This document shows, piece by piece, positions 50,655 to 58,609 of a stretch of 64,000 bases of DNA. Numbering within the stretch: the first letter of the stretch is position 1; the number at the start of each line of letters is the position of its first letter. Under the pieces are notes generated by a model. The model had not been told where the DNA came from. It saw only the letters and a program-made list of their open reading frames with translations, and searched no databases. The DNA lies in NCBI GenBank assembly GCA_963809885.1, contig CAWELA010000003.1:11111-75110 (forward strand), given 5' to 3'. Source of the DNA: an uncultured Acidimicrobiia bacterium. Lineage in GTDB: Bacteria; Actinomycetota; Acidimicrobiia; IMCC26256; PALSA-555. The position numbers and the translations under genes are program-made.

Positions 50655-52118
50655 ATGGGGGAACCGATGGAGAAGAAGCGAGGAACGGAGACCTCGAACT
50701 TCGGTGTCGGTCGCCGTGAGAGCCACGACGCATCAACCTTCTATGCGCGGTTCACGCCACCCGAGCTCTCCGATGACGACACGATCAACCCCGTAGCGGT
50801 CCGCGATCGAATCTTCGTTGGCAACGCGAGGCACATGTCAGACGATCAGGTCGCTGATGCCTCGGTAGCGCTCGTCGTGACTTCGCCGCCGTACTTCGCG
50901 GGCAAGGCGTACGAGGAAGATATGGGGCGAGGTCACGTTCCCGCCACATACTTCGAGTACCTCGGCCTGCTCGAAGCCGTGTTCGCGAAATGCGTCGAAA
51001 AGCTCGAGCCTGGCGGCCGCATGGCCATCAACGTCGCGAACCTCGGGCGCCGTCCATATCGCTCACTCTCCTCCGACATCATCACGATGGTGCAGGATCT
51101 CGGTCTTCTCCTCCGTGGCGAAATCATCTGGCAGAAGGCTCGTGGGGCTTCGGGTTCGTGCGCGTGGGGCTCCTTCCAGAGCCCGACGAATCCTGTGCTG
51201 CGAGATCTGACGGAACGTGTCGTCGTCGCCAGTAAGGGTCGCTTCGATCGAGCCAAGACTCGCAAGGAGCGCGAGAAGGGCGACCGGCCTTCACAGGTGT
51301 CGTTGTTCAAGGAAGAGTTCATGGAAGCGACCATTGACCTCTGGGAGATTCCTCCTGAGATGGCCACTCGCGTGGGCCATCCTGCGCCGTTTCCCGTAGA
51401 ACTTCCGCAGCGACTCATCGAGCTCTACACCTATCGTGACGATCTCGTCCTCGACCCGTTCATGGGATCCGGGACCACAGCAGTCGCCTCGATTCGAACG
51501 CAGCGTTCCTACGTCGGGTTCGACACGGAGGAGAAGTACGTCGAGGCGGCCAACGATCGCTGCACGGTCGAACGTGAGCGGCTCGAGGAGCATCGTCCTT
51601 GGTCGAACTACGTCGACCTTTCGAGCGCACCGGATGAGGTCGAGGCCCTGCCGCACCAACAGCGTTCCGTGAAGGAGGGGCAGAAGGCGCAAGAAATCGC
51701 CCGTGAGGTCCTCGAGCGCTGCGGATTCACGATCCTCGACAAGAACCAGCGAACGAAGAGTGGCGTCGAAATCGACTTCGTCGCCGCGGACGCTGATGGG
51801 AAGGAATGGAACGTCGACGTGTCCGGCGCCTTTACGAGCACGCGCGCCGGGCTCCGTCGGACCGACACACTGTGGAAGTCGATCGGGAAGGCCGCTGCGG
51901 TGAGCTCTCCCACGAAACCCTTCCTGCTCCTGACCACTGACCTGCCAGTGCCCGGCAGCGCGGGTGATGCCGCGCTCAAGGCGACGCGTGAGCACGAGAT
52001 CATCCACGACGCGATCGAGATGCTGAGTCCCGCCGGTCAGGAGCGTCTCGCGAAGTACGCCGCGGGTGGTTGGACGGACCGGACCGATGGCGATCTCTTG
52101 CCGCCCGATCGCCCGTGA
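50655..52118 (+). CDS. Beta-class (N4-cytosine/N6-adenine) DNA methyltransferase with SPPY motif, fused to a C-terminal degenerate Mrr-like PD-(D/E)xK domain
   Basis: Intact 487-aa ORF. Motif IV is LVVTSPPYFAG. ..HPAPFPVELPQRLI.. is present. Motif I is LDPFMGSGTTAV (circularly permuted beta order). C-terminal residues ~335-487 align with the 52473 protein (GVEID, GLRRTDTLWK) but read D-V-S where the paralog has E-Y-K. Confidence 0.85.
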   Translation: MGEPMEKKRGTETSNFGVGRRESHDASTFYARFTPPELSDDDTINPVAVRDRIFVGNARHMSDDQVADASVALVVTSPPYFAGKAYEEDMGRGHVPATYFEYLGLLEAVFAKCVEKLEPGGRMAINVANLGRRPYRSLSSDIITMVQDLGLLLRGEIIWQKARGASGSCAWGSFQSPTNPVLRDLTERVVVASKGRFDRAKTRKEREKGDRPSQVSLFKEEFMEATIDLWEIPPEMATRVGHPAPFPVELPQRLIELYTYRDDLVLDPFMGSGTTAVASIRTQRSYVGFDTEEKYVEAANDRCTVERERLEEHRPWSNYVDLSSAPDEVEALPHQQRSVKEGQKAQEIAREVLERCGFTILDKNQRTKSGVEIDFVAADADGKEWNVDVSGAFTSTRAGLRRTDTLWKSIGKAAAVSSPTKPFLLLTTDLPVPGSAGDAALKATREHEIIHDAIEMLSPAGQERLAKYAAGGWTDRTDGDLLPPDRP

Positions 52119-52462
52119 GCGAGATTCACGGCTCGACCCGCCCAGGGCGCATCGCCTTTGCGGTGATCCGTCGCGACCCGCCTGAGGTGTTCGTCGCCGA
52201 GGACGAGTACGTCCTGACGCGACTGCTCGCACTCAATGTCGTCGCGGCGAGTCATCCGGAATCGCTCCCCTCGCCGGAGATCGTTGACGACCTACGGAAC
52301 TGCTTGCTGGAGGAACGGTGGGGTGACGCGGTGGTCCGTTGGCTCGAGTGCACCGACGAGGCGATCGACGCGTATCCCGACGAGGAGATCTGGACCGAGG
52401 CGCGCCTTAACGCTGAGCGCGCGTCGCTCGAGGTCCGGATGGCACCGCTGTTCAAGGACTGA
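52115..52462 (+). CDS. Small acidic hypothetical protein (middle gene of the methyltransferase island)
   Basis: GTG 52115 overlaps the methyltransferase stop (GTGA). An alternative ATG at 52070 is in frame. ..FVAEDEYVLTRLLALNVVAASHPESLP..ERWGDAVVRWLECTDEAIDAYPDEEIW... I recognise no domain. Confidence 0.5.
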   Translation: MSEIHGSTRPGRIAFAVIRRDPPEVFVAEDEYVLTRLLALNVVAASHPESLPSPEIVDDLRNCLLEERWGDAVVRWLECTDEAIDAYPDEEIWTEARLNAERASLEVRMAPLFKD

Positions 52463-52472
52463 CAGGTCGTCG

Positions 52473-52892
52473 ATGTCGGAGTTCCAGTCCCTCGCCGGAC
52501 AGCAGGGCCGCCAGTTCTCCGATCAGTGCGACATCGTCCTGCAGAGTGAGGGGTTCGAGCTGCAGGGCGCGCTCCGGCTCCCGGAGGTGGGCGTCGAGAT
52601 CGACAGGGTTGCAACGACGACCCGAGGGCTGACCGTCTGGTTCGAGTACAAGGGGAGCTTCCGAGGTGACACGCCGGGCCTACGTCGCACCGACACGCTC
52701 AAGAAGGCGATCGCGAACGGTGCACTGATCGAGGCGATCGCCGGGCATCCGCCCTACGTGGTGCTCACGTCGCACGTCCCAGATCGAGGTTCGGGTCGTG
52801 CCATGCTCGACACCGCGCTCCGTCTCGGGATCATGAGTGACGTGATCTGCGTGAACGACCCAGCCGCAGTTCGCCGTCTCCGTTCGCTCTGA
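52473..52892 (+). CDS. Small Mrr-like PD-(D/E)xK nuclease-fold protein, paralog of the methyltransferase C-terminal domain
   Basis: ATG 52473 (MSEFQSLAGQQGRQFSDQCDIVLQSEGFEL..). It reads GVEID-x13-EYKG (a D..ExK signature), then GLRRTDTLKK. It is colinear with residues ~335-470 of the 50655 protein. Confidence 0.6.
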   Translation: MSEFQSLAGQQGRQFSDQCDIVLQSEGFELQGALRLPEVGVEIDRVATTTRGLTVWFEYKGSFRGDTPGLRRTDTLKKAIANGALIEAIAGHPPYVVLTSHVPDRGSGRAMLDTALRLGIMSDVICVNDPAAVRRLRSL

Positions 52893-52893
52893 G

Positions 52894-52909
52894 CGGATCG
52901 ATCGATCCG
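52894..52909. repeat. Perfect 16-nt palindrome CGGATCGATCGATCCG (three overlapping GATC sites)
   Basis: Read directly, 2 nt after the stop of the 52473 gene, at the right edge of the low-GC island. Confidence 0.8.
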
Positions 52910-52961
52910 GGTTCAACCCGAGTGCCTTGCCACACTCCCGACCTCCTACCCTCGTCGTGAC

Positions 52962-53757
52962 GTGATCGACCTCGGACCTGCCGCCCTCGGCGCGACCCGC
53001 GATGCCGCGAGCAACCTCTACCTGCTCGTCGCGTTCGGCGGCGGGATCATCTCCTTCCTCTCCCCGTGCGTGCTGCCGATCGTCCCGGGCTACCTGAGCC
53101 TCGTCTCCGGGCTGACGCTCGGTGAGATCGAGGAGGCACAGGCGACGCAGCTCAAGCGCATCGCGCTCGATGACCGCGCTGTTCGTCGCCGGGTTCACCG
53201 CGGTGTTCGTGGTGCTCGGGCTCGCGACCACCGCCGTCAGCCAGTCGCTGTTCGAGAACCAGTCGACCCTGACGCGCATCTCGGGTGGTCTCGTGCTCCT
53301 GATGGCCGCGTACCTCGCCGGGTCGCAGCTGCTGACGACGCCGCGCCTCTACCAGGAGTTCCGGTTCCAGCCGCACCTCGAGCGGTTCGGGCCCATCGCC
53401 GCACCCGTCGCCGGCGTCGCGTTCGGCCTCGGCTGGACGCCGTGCATCGGGCCCATCCTCGGGACGGTGCTCGGGTTCGCGGCGACCGGTCAGGAGCTCG
53501 GGCGCGCCGCGCTGCTGCTCACCGCCTACTCGCTCGGGCTCGGCGTCTCGTTCCTCGTCGTCGGCCTGGCGTTCGGGCGCTTCGCCGCGCCGCTCGGCTG
53601 GGTCAAGCGACACTCGAAGGCGCTCACCCTCGTCTCGGCCGCGATCCTCGCGGTGTTCGGCGTGATCTTGCTCACCGACCAGCTGTCCGTCGTGACCGCA
53701 CGGATCCAGGACGTGATGGAGTCGCTCGGCCTCGACTCCCTCATCGAGATCGGCTGA
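52962..53757 (+). CDS. ccdA: Cytochrome c biogenesis / thiol-disulfide electron transporter CcdA (DsbD family; one frameshift near 53165)
   Basis: ..LLVAFGGGIISFLSPCVLPIVPGYLS.. (first Cys-Pro motif) and, in ORF 53122..53757, ..FGLGWTPCIGPILG.. (second motif). Confidence 0.85.
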
Positions 53758-53802
53758 CGCGCCGCCGCGGTTCAGCCCTTCGAGGTGTCGTTGCCCGAGT
53801 CG

Positions 53803-54972
53803 TCAGTTCGCGGCGTCGCTCGCCGCATCGTCCGTCTTCGTCGCGGTCGTGGTGGTGGTCGCGGCCTCGGCCGCTTCGGGTGTGGGCGGCGTCTCGGCGG
53901 CCGGGTCACTCGACGCGACGTCCCCGGCGGCGGAGTCCTGGGGTGCCGGAGCCGTCGGCGCGGCCTCGGTCGCGGGCGGGACGTACTTCCCGCGGGACGC
54001 TCGCCACGCGGTGACCGTCAGGGCGCCGAGGCCGAGGACCGCCGCCGCGGCCCAGACGAGCATGCCGATGCCCGGCAGCAGCGCGAGCACGCGCAGGATG
54101 GCCCAGCCGGCGAAGAACGCACCGAAGATGTTGCGCGGGGCCTTGATCATGAGGCGGCCGAGGAACAGCGCGCTCGTGACGTAGCCGAGGGCACCGAGCA
54201 CGCCGAGCGCGCCGCCTGTCCCCAGACCGAGTGGCAGTCCCAGGAGCGAGACGGACGCGAAGAACGCGATCGCCGGGAGCGCGATCCAGAGGATCACACC
54301 CCAGCCGATCGACTTGCCGGCCGAGGTGCGCACGGTCGCGGCCGCCGTGTCGAAGGGCCGGGCGAACAGCGCGAGGAGCACGACGCCGAGGATCGCGGTC
54401 GAGATGGTCACCGCGAGCCAGATCAATCCGAGCAGCGTGAACCCGAACGCGGTGAACATCCCGGTGGCGTCGATGTTCTTGACCTCGCCGCGGACGGTCG
54501 CGCCCCACGCGACGCGCGGCTCCGTCGACGACTGCACGTCCCCGGTGATCACCGCGCCGTCCTGGATCACGGCCCGACCCGAGAGCACCGCCACGTCGCC
54601 GTCGACGCGGCCCGAGATGCGGGCGTCACCGTCGATCACGAGCACGCTGTCGCCCACCGATCCCGTGATGTACGCGTTCCCGCTCACGACCAGGACACCA
54701 CCGGTCGTGGAGCCGTCGACGTACGCGTTCCCGTCGATCGCGACGACTGCGGTGTCGAGCGACTCGCCTTCCGCGACGTAGACGTTCCCGACGCCGATGC
54801 GGCGGTCGGACGCCCGGGCGCGGATCCCCTGACCGCCGCCGCTCTGGGCAAGCGCCGGCCCTGCACTCACCATGACGATGGCCCCGACCGCGCAGGCGGC
54901 GAGCAGCACCCGACGGAGCCGGCGGCCCCGGGAGCGGATGAGGGCGGACTGAGGACGGATCGGTGTGCGCAT
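53803..54972 (-). CDS. Membrane protein with an N-terminal signal/anchor, bactofilin-like (polymer-forming beta-helix) repeats, a polytopic TM domain and an acidic Pro/Thr/Ala-rich tail
   Basis: I prefer the start at Met 54972 (MRTPIRPQ..). The repeats read ..GNVYVAEG..IDGNAYVDG..VSGNAYITGSVGDSVLVIDGDARISGRVDGDVAVLSGRAVIQDGAVITGDV... About 6 TM helices follow. Confidence 0.65.
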   Translation of the reverse strand: MRTPIRPQSALIRSRGRRLRRVLLAACAVGAIVMVSAGPALAQSGGGQGIRARASDRRIGVGNVYVAEGESLDTAVVAIDGNAYVDGSTTGGVLVVSGNAYITGSVGDSVLVIDGDARISGRVDGDVAVLSGRAVIQDGAVITGDVQSSTEPRVAWGATVRGEVKNIDATGMFTAFGFTLLGLIWLAVTISTAILGVVLLALFARPFDTAAATVRTSAGKSIGWGVILWIALPAIAFFASVSLLGLPLGLGTGGALGVLGALGYVTSALFLGRLMIKAPRNIFGAFFAGWAILRVLALLPGIGMLVWAAAAVLGLGALTVTAWRASRGKYVPPATEAAPTAPAPQDSAAGDVASSDPAAETPPTPEAAEAATTTTTATKTDDAASDAAN

Positions 54973-55015
54973 GCGGGGGAGCGTAGGGGCGATCCAGGGG
55001 CTAGCGTGGAGAACC

Positions 55016-55705
55016 ATGTTCTCCCAACCGGAAAACCTCGCTGGTACTGCGGGGGCGGCATCCTGGCGCGACCGGGCGCTCGAGCGGTCGCTCGAAGCAC
55101 CCAGGGCGCGGTCGGTGGACCGGCTCGAGCGTCTGGTCGGCGCGGCCCGCGACCTCGCGAACGAGACCGGCACCTCCGGCTTCACGGTGGCGCAGGTCGC
55201 GCAGCGCGCCGGCCTGTCGCTGAAGAGCTTCTACCGGTGCTTCGCCGGCAAGGACGATCTGCTCGTCGCGCTCCTCGAGGAGGACAGCCGGCTCGGCGCG
55301 GTGATCCTCGCCGAGGTGGTCGACGCGCACACCGAGCCGGACGCGCGCCTGCGCGCGTACGTCGTCGGGATCTTCGAGCTGCTCACCCATCCGGGCGCGC
55401 TCGGGTACGCCGGGGTGCTCGTGGGCGAGCACCGCCGGCTCTCCGAGGCCCGGCCCGACGAGATGCGGAGCGCGCTCGCACCGATGGTCGACCTGCTCGC
55501 GCAGGAGATCGCGGGCGCCGTCACCACCTCCGAACCGGCGCGCGACGCGCACATCGTGTTCGCCCTGCTGCTCGAGGGCATCCACGAGGTCACGCTCGGT
55601 CGGGTCGAGCCCCGCGACGAGGCCGACTACCTGTGGCGGTTCTGCCGCGGTGCCCTCCACGGTGTGGCGCGCCGCGCCGAGGGCGCGATCGAGGAGGAAC
55701 GGTGA
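55016..55705 (+). CDS. TetR/AcrR family transcriptional regulator
   Basis: HTH ..GFTVAQVAQRAGLSLKSFYRCFAGKDDLLVALL... The stop overlaps the P450 start (GTGA). Confidence 0.85.
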   Translation: MFSQPENLAGTAGAASWRDRALERSLEAPRARSVDRLERLVGAARDLANETGTSGFTVAQVAQRAGLSLKSFYRCFAGKDDLLVALLEEDSRLGAVILAEVVDAHTEPDARLRAYVVGIFELLTHPGALGYAGVLVGEHRRLSEARPDEMRSALAPMVDLLAQEIAGAVTTSEPARDAHIVFALLLEGIHEVTLGRVEPRDEADYLWRFCRGALHGVARRAEGAIEEER

Positions 55706-56871
55706 ACGACCCGAGCGCCCTGCTGTTCGACCCCGGCGCGGCCGATGCGCCCCAGGACGCGTACCGCCAGATCCGGGAGCAGTGCCCGGTCGCGCGCGTC
55801 CCCGGGCTCATGGGCGGTGAGACCGTCTACATCGCCAAGTACGAGGACGTGATCTGGGCGCTGAAGCACCCCGAGGTCTTCTCGTCGGCGATCGGCGCGG
55901 TGGACATCGGCCAGGACCAGCCGCTCATCCCGCTGCAGGTCGATCCCCCGGAGCACGCGCAGTACCGCCGGCTCCTCGACCCCGAGTTCTCCCCGAGGCG
56001 GATGCGCGAGCTCGAGCCCGACGTGCGCGTGCTGGTGAACCAGATCATCGACGGGTTCGTCGACCGGGGGGAATGCGAGTTCCACGAGGACTTCGCCACG
56101 CCCTTGCCCTCGACGATCTTCCTCCGGCTCATGGGGCTGCCGCAGTCGGACCTCGCGACCTTCCTCCAATGGCGTGACGACACGATCCGCCCCGCCGCCG
56201 ATACGCTCGAGCAGGCCGCCGAGATCCGCGACGCGGTCGGCACCAAGATCACCGAGTACTTCACCGAGCAGCTCGCGGCGAAGCGCGCGAACCCCGACGA
56301 CGGGCTGCTGTCCCGCATCGCGGTCGGGGAGGTCGACGGCCGCCCGCTCACGCACGACGAGATGCTCGGGACGTGCCACCTGCTGCTGCTCGGTGGTCTC
56401 GACACCGTGACGGCCACGCTCGATTGCATGATCGCCTACCTCGCCCGACACCCTGACGAGCGGGCCCGCCTCATCGCGGATCCGGCGCTCCTCGACGGCA
56501 CGGTCGAAGAGCTGCTGCGCACCGAGACCCCGGTCACGATGCTGCCGCGCACCGTGAAGGTCGATGCGACGATCGGCGGCGTCGACATGAAGGCAGGCGA
56601 CGGGTGTGTCCTGCTCATCGGGGCCGCCAACGGCGACGACGCGGAGTTCGACGCGGCCGACGGCGTCGACTTCGAGCGAAGCGCGAACCGCCACCTCGCG
56701 TTCGGCGGTGGCCCGCACCGATGCCTGGGTTCGCACTTTGCCCGGCTCGAGCTGCGCGTCGGCCTCGAGGAGTTCCACCGCCGGATCCCCGACTACCGCA
56801 TCAAGGAAGGCGCGGAGATCCACTACTCCCCGGGTATCCGCCAGGCCGACCACCTCCCCTTGGTCTGGTAG
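55702..56871 (+). CDS. Cytochrome P450
   Basis: GTG 55702 lies inside long ORF 53785..56871. I-helix ..LLLLGGLDTVT.., ExxR (..EELLR..) and heme-binding loop FGGGPHRCLGSHFA are present. Confidence 0.9.
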   Translation: MNDPSALLFDPGAADAPQDAYRQIREQCPVARVPGLMGGETVYIAKYEDVIWALKHPEVFSSAIGAVDIGQDQPLIPLQVDPPEHAQYRRLLDPEFSPRRMRELEPDVRVLVNQIIDGFVDRGECEFHEDFATPLPSTIFLRLMGLPQSDLATFLQWRDDTIRPAADTLEQAAEIRDAVGTKITEYFTEQLAAKRANPDDGLLSRIAVGEVDGRPLTHDEMLGTCHLLLLGGLDTVTATLDCMIAYLARHPDERARLIADPALLDGTVEELLRTETPVTMLPRTVKVDATIGGVDMKAGDGCVLLIGAANGDDAEFDAADGVDFERSANRHLAFGGGPHRCLGSHFARLELRVGLEEFHRRIPDYRIKEGAEIHYSPGIRQADHLPLVW

Positions 56872-56984
56872 CGGTCACGCCGCGACGAGTTTCGCGGTAA
56901 CAAGGCAGCCGATGCCGGACGAGCCGAACCACCGCCCGCACCTCCCGCGGATCCTCGCCACGCCGCGCGACGCGCGAGTCGGTC

Positions 56985-58130
56985 GTGCCGCTCGAGCTGT
57001 TCTTCGACCTCGTGTTCGTGCTCGCGTTCACGCAGTGCACCGCCCTCATGGCGGGGGAGCCGACCTGGGTCGGTGTCGCCCGGGGGATGCTCCTGCTCGC
57101 GGTCCTGTGGTGGGCCTGGGTCGGGTACGCATGGCTGACGAGCGTCATCGACCCCGAGGAAGGGGCCGTCCGCCTAGTGATGTTCGTCGCCATGGCGGGG
57201 CTGATCGTCGCCGCGCTGTGCGGCCCGGCAGCCTTCGGTGCCCGCGCCCTGGAGTTCGCGATCGCCTACGGCATCGTCCGTGCGGCGCACATCGCGCTGT
57301 TCCTGATCGCGAGTCGCGACGACCCCGACCTGCGCCACTCGGTCGCCGGCCTGGCGGTCAGCTCGGCGATCGGGGTCGGGATCCTGATCGGTGCGTCGTT
57401 CCTCGACGGCGCCGCGCAGGCAGCGCTCTGGGGCCTCGCCGTGCTGATCGACTTCGGTGGCCCCGCGCTCTTCGGCTCATCGGGCTGGAAGCTCGTCCCC
57501 GGCCACTTCGCCGAGCGGCACAACCTGATCATCATCCTGGCGCTCGGCGAGTCGATCATCGCCCTGGGCGTCGGGTCCACCATCGAGCTCACGCCCGGGG
57601 TCGTCACTGCGGCGGTGCTCGGCCTCTTCCTCGCCGCAGCCTTGTGGTGGATCTACTTCGACGTCGTCGCGATCGTGACCCAGCGCCGGTTGGTGGCGGC
57701 GACCGAAGGCAAGGCGCGCAACCAGCTCGCCCGCGACTCGTACTCGTACCTGCACTACCCGATGGTCGCCGGGATCGTACTCGCGGCACTCGGACTCGAA
57801 GCGACGATCGCCCATGTCGACGATTCGCTCGACGCCGTGCACGCCTTCGCGCTCCTCGGTGGCGTGGCGATCTACCTGCTGGCCCACGTGGCGCTGCGGC
57901 TCCGGAACGCACACACGCTCAACCCGCAGCGGTTCCTGCTCGCGCTGGCGCTCCTCGCGTGCATCCCGCTCGCGCTCGAGGTCTCCGCGCTCACGATGCT
58001 CGGGATCGTCGATGCGTTGCTGTGGGTGATGATCGCCTACGAGACGTCCCGCTACGACGAGCGTCGCTACAACCTCCGCCACGGGCTCGACGTCGAGATC
58101 CCGGGGGCCGTCGCCCCGGAGTCGGACTGA
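56985..58130 (+). CDS. ltrA: Low temperature requirement protein A (LtrA) family membrane protein
   Basis: The 381-aa ORF has ..PLELFFDLVFVLAFTQ.. and ..LWWAWVGYAWLT... A longer N-terminus starting at ATG 56912 would need one frameshift. Confidence 0.8.
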   Translation: MPLELFFDLVFVLAFTQCTALMAGEPTWVGVARGMLLLAVLWWAWVGYAWLTSVIDPEEGAVRLVMFVAMAGLIVAALCGPAAFGARALEFAIAYGIVRAAHIALFLIASRDDPDLRHSVAGLAVSSAIGVGILIGASFLDGAAQAALWGLAVLIDFGGPALFGSSGWKLVPGHFAERHNLIIILALGESIIALGVGSTIELTPGVVTAAVLGLFLAAALWWIYFDVVAIVTQRRLVAATEGKARNQLARDSYSYLHYPMVAGIVLAALGLEATIAHVDDSLDAVHAFALLGGVAIYLLAHVALRLRNAHTLNPQRFLLALALLACIPLALEVSALTMLGIVDALLWVMIAYETSRYDERRYNLRHGLDVEIPGAVAPESD

Positions 58131-58186
58131 GCCGACCCGGCCCGCTGTGACTCGGTGAACGTGGCGGCGATACCATGAGGGCACGC

Positions 58187-58263
<77 letters not shown>

Positions 58264-58276
58264 ACGAACCAGTTCA

Positions 58277-58300
58277 GAGGCCCCGCTTCGGCGGGGCTTC
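58277..58300 (+). terminator. Hairpin after the tRNA gene (GAGGCCCCGC-TTCG-GCGGGGCTTC)
   Basis: Stem of about 10 bp with a TTCG tetraloop. It can be extended by AACCAG/CTGGTT (58265-58309). Confidence 0.5.
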
Positions 58301-58609
58301 GCTGGTTTCGGTGACCGCTGCCGGTCTTCTACCGGGTGGCCGGTCGTCCAATACCCCTGTACTGCGCGGCACGCGCCGTCCTCTACCCGAGCGCGAGCAT
58401 CGCCTCGGCGACCTCGCCGGCCGCCGCATCGGGGATCGCAGTGGCGGCTTCCTCTGGATCGGGCGGCCGCGACTCCACGCGCGGTCAACGATGGCTCGTT
58501 CGTACGCACTATCCAGTCCTTCCGGGGACGGGACCCCTGCGACGGTGACAGGCATCGCGAGATGTAGCTGAGGCCGAGTCGAGTCCCGCGACGACGCCAG
58601 GCGGAGCGT

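Noticed and set aside
50585-52961. Treating the low-GC island as a mobile element (IS, prophage remnant or integrative element)
   Set aside because: It has no transposase, integrase or recombinase gene and no terminal inverted or direct repeats that I could find. It is not adjacent to the tRNA. Only the compositional shift supports horizontal origin.
58274-58571. ORFs 58274..58555 (-), 58311..58571 (+) and 58336..58548 (+) as genes
   Set aside because: They overlap one another, are Arg/Pro/Gly-rich, have no start context and show no recognisable domain. At most they are a short remnant of a methyltransferase N-terminus.
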